From assembly GCA_964016885.1 (NCBI GenBank), contig OZ024740.1:327732001-327796000 (forward strand): a DNA stretch of 64,000 nucleotides, in the 5' to 3' direction. Below the pieces are notes generated by a model. The model ran no database searches. It was not told the origin of the DNA and saw nothing but the letters and a program-made list of their open reading frames with translations. Every line of letters starts with the position of its first letter. The stretch's first letter is position 1. The translations under genes and the position numbers were made by a program. Positions 14,516-27,909 of this stretch are shown in pieces. The stretch is from Eledone cirrhosa. Lineage: Eukaryota.

Positions 14516-14744
14516 CCAGATAAGAAGGCGAGTTGGTTTTCAATTATGGGTTGAAAAGAAGTCGGCTTCCATTCTTCAGAGATGGATAAAATCATGACCT
14601 GAGATTGATATAATCGGCAGTTCTCTTCTCAGATTGATCAAAAGCGTTCCATCTCTGACTATTTCATTTCTTATTCTGGCAATGCCTCCATGGCCATTCT
14701 CCAATGTGTCTCATTTTAAGACGGTAGGATTAATATTATGGATA

Positions 14745-15065
14745 TTTTAATCACAAATACAAGCGACCGAAATGAGGTTCCTCCAAAGGGTTTTTGGAGT
14801 AACGCTACTCGATAGTGCGTAGCTCGGAGATCAGAAAGTCACTCCAGGTAGAAATCACAGCTACCATACTATGGGCATGTGGTCAGAATGTCAGGAAAGA
14901 ATCGCTGGACAGATTTTACGGGCAAAACCAGCCGGCAGGAGACCCAGGGGTAAACCCCAAGCAGGATGGTTGGATAACATCTATGAGCTTGGCTGGTCTC
15001 GCATGGAGATCCAGCCGGATCAGTTGGATACGGTTGCTTATAGTCTTTTTCTTTGACTCCTGAAA
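14745..15065 (+). mobile_element. RTE-clade LINE 3' fragment
   Basis: Frameshifted translation EMRFLQRVFGVTLL...RSSEIRKSLQVE...YGHVVRM...QILRAKPAGRRPRGKPQAGW; same family as 53610-54245. Confidence 0.75.
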
Positions 15066-15698
15066 CCAGTATGTTGTTGTTCTTTGTTTCCAGATAAGCT
15101 TTGATCAAATAAATCTATAATCAAATGTCATCACAGCGTCAACCATCTCTTCTTTTTGAGAGAGAGTCTTCATTTATTAAACGATAGAATGTGTGGTTTT
15201 ATAGAGATTTGACTGTTATTTCTTGCAGTTCGAGTGTTTTCATATATACTCCTTCGTTAATTCTTGAAACTAATATATAATGAAATGTGGTAACTGGAGT
15301 TATCTCGGCAATCAAAGATTAAGTGTTTGCTGTCAAATCTGAGAATAAAACAATTGAGCCAAGCAGTCGGATATCAACAAAAAGAACATTCCAATATGAG
15401 ATGTAGTAGAAGACAAACTGGTTCTCTATCGAAGATGTAATTTTAAATGTAAGATTTGGAATAAAGTAGAATATAAACAACTACCAAAGCCATACTGTGA
15501 GGACACGTCTACCTTAAATCTGATTTTCTTCCTTGTTAATATAAAATGTCTGTTTAATGTTTGAATGTATATAAATATATATATATATATATGTGTGTGT
15601 GTATGTGTGTGTGACTGTACATACATATGTGTGTGTGTTCTATGTGCGTGTGTGGGAGTGCACGTGCGTGTATATATAATTGTATGTGTGTTCTGATG

Positions 15699-15761
<63 letters not shown>

Positions 15762-16154
15762 CAGACGAATCTCTGCGTTGAATAATAAAAGAAAAGAAAA
15801 AAAAGAAAATAGAATGTCAAAACACAAAAATTTACATATCACCCTATTTATTTCAATTGGAAGAATAACACTTAAACAGTGCAGGACAGAAACAGATAAA
15901 TAACAAACAAATAACACAGTATAAAAATCTGACAAGACTTGCACAGTAATAAAATTGATATATGATTCTTTTCATCTAATATAAAAGAATTAAAAGAATA
16001 TAATAATTAAAGACATTGTTATGTAGCGTAAAACGCGTATTTGAGAAGAGAAGTGAGGAAGAATCAAAGAGTCAGGATCCCGATGGCTGAGCTCCGGCCG
16101 TTTCGACAGCTAGATCCAAACTAAGCCACCATATATATAGTAGGAAGAAGAATC

Positions 16155-16292
16155 AACCCTAGTACCGGACTAGTTCTCTATCTGTTGACCTCGAAATGAC
16201 CTTGAAAATATTTGAACTCAGAGCGCAATGAGTCGGAAGAAATACCGAGATATTTTTAATGTAACGACCTATTGAAAGCCAAGTCGCCACCT
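16155..16292 (-). mobile_element. SINE family B, degenerate
   Basis: Reverse complement GGTGGCGACTTGGC...CTCTGAGTTCAAAT...GAGGTCAACAG. Confidence 0.55.
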
Positions 16293-16649
16293 TCTTATAC
16301 TTCATCTATTTGTCTAATATTGTATTTTCATCACCATATAGTTAGCTTTTGAATACTCCCTGCATTAATATTTTAACCCCAAATTAGCTATCGAATATAT
16401 GAAACATCAGCTACAAGACAAGAGCCAGTGTTACTCATATAGCCCTAGATTTTGAGGTTTTAAGAATTGAATGTTTTAGTTGCACGTTTCAAATTTCAAG
16501 AAAGTTTCTCTAAATAGTTTGTAACAGGAATTTCATTGAGAATGTTTATACAAATCTGAATAAAGAACTAGCATATTGATTGAAGGGGAGGGTTAAATTG
16601 ACTTGACTTCTATGTAAACAGACTCATTAACTACTTAATGAACACAACC

Positions 16650-16800
16650 ACAAGGATATGGTCGGAACGTGGAAGAGCCGAACTCCCATTGTCACCACCT
16701 CCGTCTCTCTCACCCTCCCCCATCTCCCCGTATGGTGAGCAAATGAGGTCCCACGTGTTGGCCTCCCCACAGCCCCGGCGGACAGAATGGAAAAGGCGTT
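16650..16800 (-). mobile_element. CRE-like element 3' end/UTR fragment
   Basis: CCCACGTGTTGGCCTCCCCACAGCCCCGGCGGACAGAATGGA nearly identical to 9700-9745. Confidence 0.7.
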
Positions 16801-17074
16801 TTGTAGAATGAAGTAACTGTCGAATACAAATTTTCAAAGATTACATTCATTGAGCAGCGACAGAAAGACAGACAGACTATTTGATTTATAACATTAAGAG
16901 TTGTAACATTAACATTTATATAAGTAGGTAGTTCTTTTTAATGGAGACACTTGCAAGTTTCAGCGAACGAAATCTTTCCATATGTTTGTTATCTTAAGAA
17001 GTGTGCGTGTGCGTTGGCGTTCTTACACTCACTGCCTCCATCTCTCTCACTCTCTCCATCTCTCACTATTATAA

Positions 17075-17280
17075 GTGGACAGAATGGAGGTGTTTCTCCT
17101 GAGGATGGCCAGGGAGACGCGTTGGGAGAGGCTTTCTGGCTCGCGAGGCCAACACCTGTGGGGAGCCAACTCCGTGCCGATGGTGGTGAGTAGGGAGGTG
17201 ATCCTAGGGCCAAGGACACCACAAGTCTCCACTGCTACGGTCTCGACCGCAAACATGTCGGAGAACTACTGATATTTGTA
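17075..17280 (-). mobile_element. CRE-like element C-terminal fragment
   Basis: AVETCGVLGPR...REPESLSQRVSLAILRRN, the terminal motif of CRE ORFs. Confidence 0.7.
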
Positions 17281-17965
17281 GAAAAGTATTCTTTGTGAAA
17301 TATTAACTCTAAGAACGGTGAAGTAGTTGTAACTGCAGTATATCGAACTAAGTTCTTTACTGTATATAGTTTCAACATTATGCTTTAAGACCCAATCCAG
17401 CCTGGGTCAAAGTTATTTTTTAGCCTTTCGATAATAAAATAATTATACAGGAACCGAAATCAATTTACTATGCTCGCTTCTCTTATTTAAAACAACTAAA
17501 TCTGTTTCTCATTAAACAAAATTACTTTGGAACCAATGAAGTTTCGTATAGCAATCCTTGAGATATTGAATATTGGACAGAATGCAGTAGTCTAAAACCG
17601 TTGCGAGTTATTGATGTTTGAAGTATTGATACCAACAAAGAATTATATGTATTTTGTGTTAATGTAGTCAAAACATGAAGTAGGACTCTCCAATGAAACA
17701 GCGACAAGAATCTGTAAATAGTTTTTTCCCGAAGTCAAAAATAACAAATTTAAATGTTATTGACATGGCCATCGAAATCCAATGGCAAGCCTGTTTTGGG
17801 GGGAACACAACTTGAATAAAATCCTTTGATACATAATTTCAATAGGTTATATATGTCATATAATATCTAATTTATATAGAAATATTATTAATCCGAGATT
17901 GCAGAGAATATGACTGCAATACATATTACCATGCATATTGAAATACACTACATGTTTTTAGTATA

Positions 17966-18022
<57 letters not shown>

Positions 18023-18114
18023 TATATATATATTATATATATTATATATACATATATATTATATTTATATATTATATATATATTATATATATATATATAT
18101 TATATATATATATA

Positions 18115-18911
18115 ACTTTGATAACTTTGATAGGTTTCGGCCAGTATTAGCCCAGGCCATGTCTAACTTAATAGCACCACCTGGCGAAGTCTTATAAATC
18201 AGTGTTTGGTCACCATGGCCCACTCGAGCAGAGAGTTAGTGTTTACGGAGGCATATCCGGGTGTAAGAGGCTTATCCGGGATTTCTTGAAGGAATTTATC
18301 CAAAGACTTCTTGAACTTGATGGGGTCTGTTTCTGTTTTGATGTGTCTTGGTGTAATGTTAAAGAGTGCAGGCCCAATTGAGGTGAAATAATTGTGCCGT
18401 ATTGTTGTTATGCGATGCGAGTGAGATTTTTGTCGTGGGCGGATAGCACGGGGCCCAAGCCTTGGGTGTACACTAAAGGTGATGCCAACATCATTTGGGT
18501 AAAGCTGATGGAATATTTATACAGATAATGTAGCGCTCACGGCGACGTTGGAGAGAATAAAGTTTGAGCTTTTCTAATCGACTCCAATAGTCAAGGCCTG
18601 TCATGCCATCTATATTTTTTGTAATTGACCTTTGGGGTGCTTCAACTTTCATAATACTTTGTTTCGTGTGGGGTCGGGCAAAAGTGGAGAAGAGAAGGAT
18701 AACAGTGTGGATATCTCTCGACTGGAAAGTTCTAAGAATTCAGGAACACATTCTGCGGGCCATATCAATTTTGGTGTTTATATGAGTGGTCCAGCTTATG
18801 TTGTTGTCCACAATTACTCCCAGGTCTCTGATGTTATTGGATGCCACTAGTTTCACCCGAAGGAAGAGAGTATGGTAGTTTCAGGGCATCCTTTTTTCCA
18901 AAGTGGATTAA

Positions 18912-18915
<4 letters not shown>
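18115..18915 (-). mobile_element. CR1-group LINE 3' fragment with internal deletion, flanked by (TA)n
   Basis: Minus frames: IRDLGVIVDNNISWTTHI...MCSWILRTFQSRD and EAPQRSITKNIDGMTGLDYWSRLEKLKLYSLQRRRERY. Confidence 0.8.
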
Positions 18916-18958
<43 letters not shown>

Positions 18959-19183
18959 CCCACTCTTCTACCCTAAGTATTGAGTACTCCGGTGCGTTAT
19001 GGTCCACCTGGTTCCTTACCACACTTCTTTTGTTATATATAATATATATATATATATTAAAATATAAGTATTAATAAAATAGATGTTCTTTTGATCAATT
19101 ACATTTTATTATACATATTTCGGATGTACAACAGTACGTCCTCAACAGACATTTAACAACTTAATACTAATATATATATATAT

Positions 19184-19996
19184 ATACAAATATAAATTAG
19201 CGAGAATCGTTTTCAGCTCAGGAATTAACGAAAATCAACGTCCGATATGTGTGGCAAGCGCTCGATGAATCATATGAATCAGAGCTACAACATACGTTAA
19301 GGGCCAAACACACTGAGATGATGGTTAAACATATCATCCGCACAGCCAAAATCAAAACGACCAAGTAATTCGGGTCAAACAATAAAAATATATGTGTTGA
19401 TACTTTCCCGGACCCTGGACTGATGATAAAATCCAGTATTGGTTTCTGCGACTCCAAATCAGGTACTGTCCGCCTACATAAAGAATGTTGGGCTTCTGGT
19501 GAGATGATGAACAAAGCAGTCGTGTTTTCAACGGGTTTTGCTCCAATATGCTATAGATAGTGTAGCTATTACTGACCCCTCGTGGGATTCAGCAAGGGAG
19601 GTAACACCTCTATTAAGCGAATGATTCAGTTGTGTATTATTGTGAGAATGCAAAATATCACAAATCGAATTAAAGCTCTCGACAGAATGGTTAAATATAA
19701 CAGAGCCATTCAACAGTCAATATAAGTAACTGAAAAAAATCAATAAAATTAACTGCTCAATAGCTAGACTCTGGAGATTAATACAAATATAAATTAGCGA
19801 GAATCGTTTTCAGCTCAGGAATTAACGAAAATCAACGTCCGATATGTGTGGCAAGCGCTCGATGAATCATATGAATCAGAGCTACAACATACGTTAAGGG
19901 CCAAACACACTGAGATGATGGTTAAACATATCATCCGCACAGCCAAAATCAAAACGACCAAGTAATTCGGGTCAAACAATAAAAATATATGTGTTG

Positions 19997-20000
<4 letters not shown>
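19184..20000. repeat. Non-coding element with 220-bp direct terminal repeats (1.37 copies of a 597-bp unit) within (TA)n
   Basis: 19184-19403 appears identical to 19781-20000; period 597 bp; (TA)n on both sides. Confidence 0.9.
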
Positions 20001-20053
<53 letters not shown>

Positions 20054-20054
<1 letters not shown>

Positions 20055-23000
20055 TAGCATTAAAGCCCGGCGTTGCTCGGTGTCAGTAAGTTACCAAAGT
20101 TAGGTTGCACCACCCATTTTATGGCAGCACTTTTTTGTCTGCCAGGAACTGGTTGAATGAATTGCAAACCTGCACTGCCGAAGCAGGAGCTGCGCCAGCA
20201 GTGACAATTGTAGTTTCGCCTATTGATATTATCTCTGTGCAAAGAAGTGTTCAAATTTATTGTTTCACAGTACTTGCGCAACACGCGTGTAGACGATGCC
20301 AGCCGAACAACAGAGCTGCGATTGAGTTGTTCTGCATGACATGTTTTAACGGGGGAGGGGTGGATTGAGGGAACCGCAAACAGGGGACTGAAAACATTGT
20401 CGAATTATGACAACCAAAAAAGAGGAAGAGGGGTCATTGTATGGTTGGTGCATCATGTACGTCGGACGTAGAAGATGAGCCTGCTGCTGTGCCGACGGAG
20501 GGAGGGAAATAGAGCTGAGCGGAGGTCAGGTGTTGGTGAAGTGTGAAGTAATTGCAGTGAACCGCCTAAAAATGTAAATCCCTTCATTAACGCATTGTTC
20601 ACCCTTTGGGAGTCGTACGGAGGTGAAATACTAACCTGTCCACGGTCCTCCGAGGCCCACCAAACGGGCGTTGGTGAGGAGCAACAGCTGATATTTGGGT
20701 AGGGTCGGAGTTGCAATGAAGCTTTGTAACGCCGCTAGAATCAGCCTTTGTACGGCAGATGGTGGGTAGTGTCCAGTGCACTGCAGTGAAGGTTAAGCTA
20801 CTTAGAAAGTACTCACGAAAAGGCAAAAAATAAAAAAATAAAATGTTATAAAATTAGGAATCGAGGTAATCCTATAAAACCTCCTTGTACACAATGTTTT
20901 TTGTTTTTCCTTGCGGAACGAACGCGAAATCATCACTCTTGCTGCCGACACGCGAGCAGCCAACGTAAAGCTGACCATGAGAGAAACACGGCTCCCCCAA
21001 ATGTATTCCCGCGACAGACAGTGTTTGCCACTGCGCTTTGTTAATTGACATTGCGAAGCATGGCCTGGCCGGGAACTGGGACCTCCGAAATGTGAAAGGT
21101 AGGTCTGCTCCTGATGGGAAAAGATGCATCCTCGGTATGAGCACAACCTTTCCCCGACCGCACCCTGTGATTATCGTGGCCTCAATCAGATTGGGAGCTA
21201 AGGACGTAAGGACCAAACGTGTGCCATTGCATTGTTTCGGCGGAACCAAATTTCAAATGAGCATTATAGGGGCACCAACTTTAAGTTTCAAAATGTGTGG
21301 GGGTAATCCGGGGGGCTCAAAGGAATTTAGTACCTCTATTGGATAGTTGATGACGTCCTCGGGGTCAGGAGTTCTATCGATAGACTTATATACGTAGCCA
21401 TCCCCAGGAATGAGTTTTAGCATTTGATCATTAATATGGTTAACAGTTTTATTCCTCAGGGCTAGAATAGCCCTTTGGGCAATCCAATCCATATTCTGAT
21501 AATTTGCTTGGAGATCTGGGAACACTGCTTCCTTGAGATCAGAAGGCGTACTAAAAACGGTACAAAGTCAGTCGATGGCAATATTACCCTTTTCATCCCC
21601 GGGCGTTTTGCCTTCGCCAAGTGCAAGGAGGGTGTGAGAAAATGCTGCTGATGCGATATCACCTCGCATATGAGCACGCATGTTAGTGTGAAGTTTCAGA
21701 GTCTTCACCAGGGGCCACAATGCGGATGACTTAAGACACGCACGTACTGCATCAGCTCTAGTCCCCTTGGGAATAACGGGAAGCGATTGCCTGAAGTCCT
21801 CTGAAAGAAGAAGTGTTATGCCTCCCATGGGAGCCGTAGAGTCTTTGATGTCTCTCAGAGTTCTATCTAGCGCCTCAAGAGCACCTCTGTGGGCCATCGT
21901 GCATTCGTCCCAAACGATAAGCTTGTATCATCTGAACACTTCTGCCTGATCGGAGCTCTTACTGATGTTGCAAGTGGGTGTCTCAGTCTTCGCTAAGTCA
22001 AGCGGGAGCTTGAAATAGGAGTGAGCTGTCCTGCCGCCCGGCAACAAAGTAGCCGCAATTCCAGATGATGCCACAGCTAAGGCAATGCCTTCTGTTCGCC
22101 TAATCTCAGCTAATATTAATTTGGTGACAAAAGTTTTCCCAGTCCCCCCAGGAGCGTCCAGGAAAAACAATCCCCCCAGCTTTGCCCCTGACAGAATTAA
22201 CAACGGAGTTGTAAGCGAATTTCTGTTCTGGAAGGAGCTTTGGCTCCGCTATGTACTGGGCAAGCTCGTCAACATTATAAGATGTCTCACGCAGCAAATC
22301 CGAAGACAGAGTGTTTGCGCCTTCCAGGTTTGTTGAAGGTAGGCCATACACCGCCAACGCACTACCGCACATATCGAGAACGGTTTCTTTGATTTCAAGC
22401 AGCGCCCTGTTGTAAATGAGGTCACTGTACCCGTCCTCCATCGATGGGTTTAGCAACTGACCGTGACGCAGGAAATCTTCAAACATGTAATCTTTGTAGC
22501 TAAGCCATAAAGAGGCCGGATCACCCAAGTCGCACCATAGGAGTAGAATAGCGAAAAGCGATCTTAGTCTTTTAGGAGATTTCAACAAAACGCCCTCTGC
22601 CATAGTGGCGCCCCATTGTGAATCATCCTCCAAAAGGCCACGCCTAAAGCAGGCTTCCCGGAAAATATCACATAATTCACCGTCAACAGTTCTTATCTCT
22701 CGAAAGCTTTGTGGGCCAAAAACATCATGGAGGAGAATGCGCAGGTAAAAACACTCATGCTGGTTGGGAGGTACAGTGTACACTCTTCTTAGACAACTGT
22801 CAAACTTGACACCAGGATGTCCTTAACCATCCTGACCTGACTTCCTACGCACACAAGTGTTGTTTGACCACACGTAGTAGGACGGGACCTGAGGATATGA
22901 AAGTGTTTTTGCAAATGTGTCAAGTTGGCAAAGCGTAAAAAAAACAGTCAAAGTTGTTTCTTTTGGATTGGTCGCCAAATGAGCAGCAGTCTGTTCAGTA

Positions 23001-25171
23001 AAGTAAGCCCGCTGGCCGTTTTCCAAATGTACCGCTAGTTGTATGATGGTGGGGTTCCTTTGGTGAAGTGGAAACTCGAATATCCGCCAAAAAGCTTCAC
23101 CACTGCTGATATATCGACCTGCCAAGTACTCCGAGACCTCGTCCCTGCTATTGTCGTTTTGAAGGCCGAACATGGCAGCATCGGAACCCTTGTTAACATA
23201 TTTACATATCTACTTTATCGACTTCACTGAATGACAGAACTCCACATTTATATGAGCGTTGAAAGTTTTCATCAGAAATGGACAGTACGGGACCACCCAC
23301 CTATTATCAACTTGATGACCCCGCAACGTCATACTGAATCCACCGTTCTCAGCCCGCCTTCGTCTGTACAGTGGTTATCTGTCGCCGCCGGTCTGAGTCT
23401 CCTCAACAAACCTCTTTGGGTATCGTTTAGTGCACACATGGTCCTTGTGGCATGAAGAGAACTCTTGAAAACCGGGACCGCAAGGACCGTGCACCATGTG
23501 TGCCTTTACAATGTCGTACAGCTGCCAGTCAACAACGGGATCCGGTATTTCCGCTGAGATGACATCATCTAGAACTGTAGGGTCTATTTTGGTGACCAAC
23601 CAAACCAAAATGTGCGCGTGTGGCAACCTTCTCTTCTGCCACTTAACAGTATACATGTGGCACCTAACAGGCCCGAAAACCTTCCCTTTTTTTATTAGAT
23701 CAATCAGCTTAGCTAGCTCTGCTTGAAAACCCTGGCAATAATATCATGCCGATGGCAGTACTGCTGCCCTGGGATAAGTTCCCGCGTAACCTCAACCCAC
23801 TTGGGGTTACACGTAAACGTGATGAATAAATCGGGGCGCCCATAATGCTGAATGAACGTCATAGCGTCCTGTGTTCGCTCGTGCATGTACCCACCCTCCT
23901 CACCCGTATAGGTCGAGGGGAGAATGCACATTTTGCCGATGTTCCGGGGGTCAGTGTCATTCCTGATGCCGTCACGCAAATGGATGTAGGAGTCTGAGCG
24001 CAGCTGCTTCTGATTCAATTTTATGAAGCACAGTCTCTCCGACTCCATCTTTGCAGCCACGTCAACTGCAAACTGGTGAAACAGTTCCCGTGACCTGTGC
24101 AGGGTGCTGAAATCGTTAGGCCTCGTCATGAAGCAGCACGTCTCGAGGCGTCGTATGAAGCCATCTTGGCTAAGCATGCGCTGCGTTGTTGAAAACTTTC
24201 AGCAGCTCTGCATTCCGCTGAACGTAAGGCACTCTGTGAAAGTCTTAAAGCAGTTTCCTCGGGGGACTCGTTTGCTGTAATCGCCCTCTGCGCCGCCGCT
24301 GATGAGGTATGGCGACCCAGGCGACTTCTCTTTTTAGGTGGCATTTTATGTGAAAAAGAAAGGGTGAAAGTTACTTCTACAGCAAAATTGCCTTTGAAAG
24401 TATAAGGCTGAAAACTGTCTGCGTTCCGCAGGGGGGAAAATGGGAGAACGAACGGCAAATAAATAACTCACAGTTTGTTGAAAGCGCGCTTCTGTCAGCA
24501 ATTTGAAGTTGTTTGGCCAAAAATCCCTATGTGGTTTTTTTTTTCACTCAATAAACGTGTAAATATGTTATACACAAAATGTAATTGTGTGTGAGTTGAA
24601 TGATAGATGTTTTAAAAAAAGAATTTAAGCGTATATAAGAGATTGTTGAATAAATTTATATGTTGCTTTTGAATAATTGTAGTTTGGTATAAAATGTAAG
24701 CGTCATGTATTTAACGTTTGTCTCTGTCTCTCACTCTCTAGCTCACTCCTTTATTTTTTCTCTCTCTCTAAAGGAAATTATTAAGGAATGGGTTTATAAG
24801 CGTCATGTATTTAACGTTTGTCTCTGGCTCACTCCTTTATTTTTTCTCTCTCTCTCTCTAAAGGAAATTAGTAAGGAGTGGGTAGGTTGCAGCATGTATT
24901 TTTTTTTTCTATTTTTAAGGGGAGTTAGGGAGTGTAAATCAGAAGGTATTAGAGGGGATAAGCGTCATGTATTTAGTTTTATCGATTATTTCCGTAATTG
25001 TGGATGAGTTTGAATGAAATAAATAGTCATTGACCTAAGTTAGACCATTTACAACATTCTTACAGACTTTGAGTCCAATCGGTTTGAAATTGTGCAAATG
25101 TATAAACATGGAACATGCACACACACACACAACAACAACAATCTGCCTTTTATGGATAATGATGATATAGA
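20054..25171 (-). mobile_element. Helitron, near full length, non-functional
   Basis: Minus strand 5' A|TC at 25171, 3' CTAG|T at 20054 with subterminal hairpin CCGAGCAACGCCGGG; encodes Rep-helicase fragments. Confidence 0.9.
20872..24344 (-). pseudogene. Helitron Rep (HUH endonuclease)-Pif1 helicase, fragmented
   Basis: PDLFITFTCNPKW, WQKRRLPHAHIL (HUH), ICKYVNKGSD, Walker A LDAPGGTGKT, GRTAHSYFKLP, DFRQSLPV, CNGTRL, FSHGQLYVGCSRV; many stops/frameshifts and an apparent N-terminal internal deletion near 24126. Confidence 0.92.
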
Positions 25172-25199
25172 TGTAATATATATATATATATATAATACA

Positions 25200-25512
25200 A
25201 TAGCAGATGTACCCGGCGTTGCTCGGGAAATGAATGACAGCCTGTTTGTCCGTAACGGCCTTGTACTTCAAAAGTTAAAAGAAGCCTAGTATTTGTACAC
25301 AGACAGATACACACACAAAATCGATTTTTCGGCCCCAATATCGATTTTATTTTCAAATTTCTTTTTGTCCAAAACCTGCTCTGGCATATAAGCAATACGT
25401 GTGCCAAATTTGGTTGAAATCGGCCTTGTACTTCAAAAGTTAAAAGGAGCCTAGTATTTGTACACAGACAGACAGACACACACACACACACACACACACA
25501 CAGACCGACTTG

Positions 25513-25520
<8 letters not shown>
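25200..25520 (-). mobile_element. Non-autonomous Helitron adjacent to the large Helitron
   Basis: Same hairpin CCCGAGCAACGCCGGG near the minus-strand 3' end (ends CTAT rather than CTAG); internal ~50-bp direct repeat (25256/25421) and (CA)n. Confidence 0.7.

Positions 25521-25606
<86 letters not shown>
25517..25606. repeat. (TA)n microsatellite
   Basis: Directly visible. Confidence 0.95.
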
Positions 25607-25607
<1 letters not shown>

Positions 25608-25715
25608 GTGGGAAAGTAAGAAATCGGAGAATAGACCGTTAAAACACGTACGTAGGTGCTGTTTTAAATAAACATGTTTTAACGGTCTATTCTCCGATTT
25701 CTTACTTTCCCACGT
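25606..25715. repeat. Perfect 41-bp inverted repeat with 28-bp spacer
   Basis: 25606-25646 is the reverse complement of 25675-25715. Confidence 0.9.
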
Positions 25716-25859
25716 GCTTACGCTCTGCTAACTCTCTAGCCCACTAAATATTTAATACTGCCGGCACTAGTATCGAGCACCTTTGGCATACGCTACTTGG
25801 CAAATAACTATATGTATCATCTATCCTCCCCTTTTTTCTTCTCTCTCTCGATACGTAAA

Positions 25860-25923
<64 letters not shown>

Positions 25924-25947
25924 TAATATATATATATAATATACATA

Positions 25948-25993
<46 letters not shown>

Positions 25994-26059
25994 TATATAT
26001 ATATAAATGAAATAAAATAATAGGAGGTTGGACTGGTGTAAATCCTTGAAAAGTTTATT

Positions 26060-26117
26060 ATACTATGATCATTTCAATGACCAGGTTCCATATGAATCCG
26101 GTGATATCATCAGGTAT
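26060..26117 (-). ncRNA. Type I hammerhead ribozyme motif
   Basis: atac-CTGATGA-tatcaccggattcatatggaacctggtcatt-GAAA-tgatca-TA-gtat. Confidence 0.65.
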
Positions 26118-27851
26118 TGGAATATAACAAAGGAATATGTAAAAAACCATGGGTCCGAAAAATCAGAGACAGAGACAGAGAGGACGACTGACTAACTAGC
26201 TTCTCGGCCAGTCGCCCTCAAAGTGTTAGCAACTGAAGCAATGAATATCTGGTGAGGGGGCGAAGGCTTATAATGCACTACCACCACTCCGTCAAAGAAG
26301 AAGGGGAAGAAAGAAAGAAAGGGAGAAAGAAGAGTAGTGTAAGGGGTCATACTACATCATGCTAGAAAATGCCGCGAAAGAATGCTACCCCAGAGAATCT
26401 ATAATGGGTGTCTGTGTGGTCTAATGTGTGAACCAAAGATTGGAACGTTAAACTTATGTTGCAAGTTATAGGATGAAATTAAATTAAATTAAAAATATTA
26501 AATTGCAAAAGGATAAATTGAAAAATAAGTTATTAGAGAATTAAAGTTTAAGGTAGCGAGATTTATTTATTTAATGAACTTACGGAGAGAGTCTTATATG
26601 AAAAAATTTATCTCGATAAGATATTAGGATGGGATATAGAGTAAAGATTTCGATTGGGAGTCCCAGCCAGCACCCCCCACCACCACCACCACCACCACCA
26701 TGAGTCAGCCATTCTCGAGTGGTATCGTCCAGCGAAAGAAATGGAAATTAATTTTTCCGAGTACTCTAGGAACGTAGCTACCTTAGGCTTCGGGAGCGCT
26801 AGCGGGAACTCCACAATTTCGACAGCCATCGTCTATACCAAACGAATACTATTAAATCCCACATGAGGGGTTTATTTACGTGCCAATAGAAGCATGATAC
26901 AGCTAATAGTTATGCCTAAACCTGGAGTTTGTAGGTACAAGTATAATGTGGCGGCCAAAACAGGCGGCGCGGTGGGACCGGGGCAAAGCATCCGCTCCGA
27001 GTAATTTCGTTTACCGAAAGAGGAGAAATTTATTTTTCCGAGTACTCAAGGAAGGCTGAACTTTCCGAGTGCCCAGCACGCAGCCGGGAAAAAGCCACCA
27101 CATAAGTCGAAGGTAGGAACCCAATGAAAAGTGCAAATAGACCAAAATCATTTTAAAGTCCCAGTTAGACCGGGTTATAAGTAATATGGTTCTTAGGTGG
27201 GTAGGGGGCTATGAAAGGTGCATAATGACCTGAGTGAGGAAAAGTTACAAAAAATACAAAGATAAAATACCAATATAAAGATAGAATACATTGATAAAAT
27301 ACATTGATAAAATAATAAATAATAAAATAATAAAAAATATACATTAATGAAATAATAAAAAATTAATAAAGGTAAATAAGAATCAATATAGAGTTGGAAC
27401 GTTAAACAGAGACTTGGAACGTTAAACGTTCCAAGTCTCTGTTCAAACATTATACCATGTAGATCCCCACTATATATACCTCTGTTATAATATATACCTC
27501 TGTTAAGATACGGGTCCTTTAGAATAACTTTTTTCACGGCAATTCCTGGCCTGACTGTAGCATGACATTAATGCTGACTTTTCTTCCTCTTTCTTTCTGT
27601 CTTTTTTCTTGTAGCATGACATGAACGCTGACTTTTCTTCCTCTTTCTTTCTGTTTTTCTTCTCTTTGACCGGGAGGTTAGTAACACACTATAAGCTTTA
27701 GCCCCCTCACCCGATAGCCTTAAGTAGGCCGAATGGCCAGCACTTGAGGACGACCGGCTAAATTGGAAGATGCTAGATGGTCGGTCGTCCTCGGGTCTAT
27801 GATTTTCAGCCCCATGGATTTTATCTGTTACATTCATTTATTATATTTCGA

Positions 27852-27909
27852 ATACCTGATGATATCACCGGATTCATACGGAACCCGGTCATTGAAATGA
27901 TCATAGTAT
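27852..27909 (+). ncRNA. Type I hammerhead ribozyme motif
   Basis: Stem I atac/gtat, CTGATGA 27856-27862, stem II accgg/ccggt, GAAA 27894-27897, palindromic stem III ATGATCAT, AUA triplet. Confidence 0.7.

Noticed and set aside
19410-19470. Hammerhead at CTGATGA in the 597-bp element
   Set aside because: No correctly placed GAAA or stem III in any topology I could build
26608-26866. Poly-Trp / poly-His ORFs
   Set aside because: Arise from a (CCA)n triplet repeat in a non-coding element
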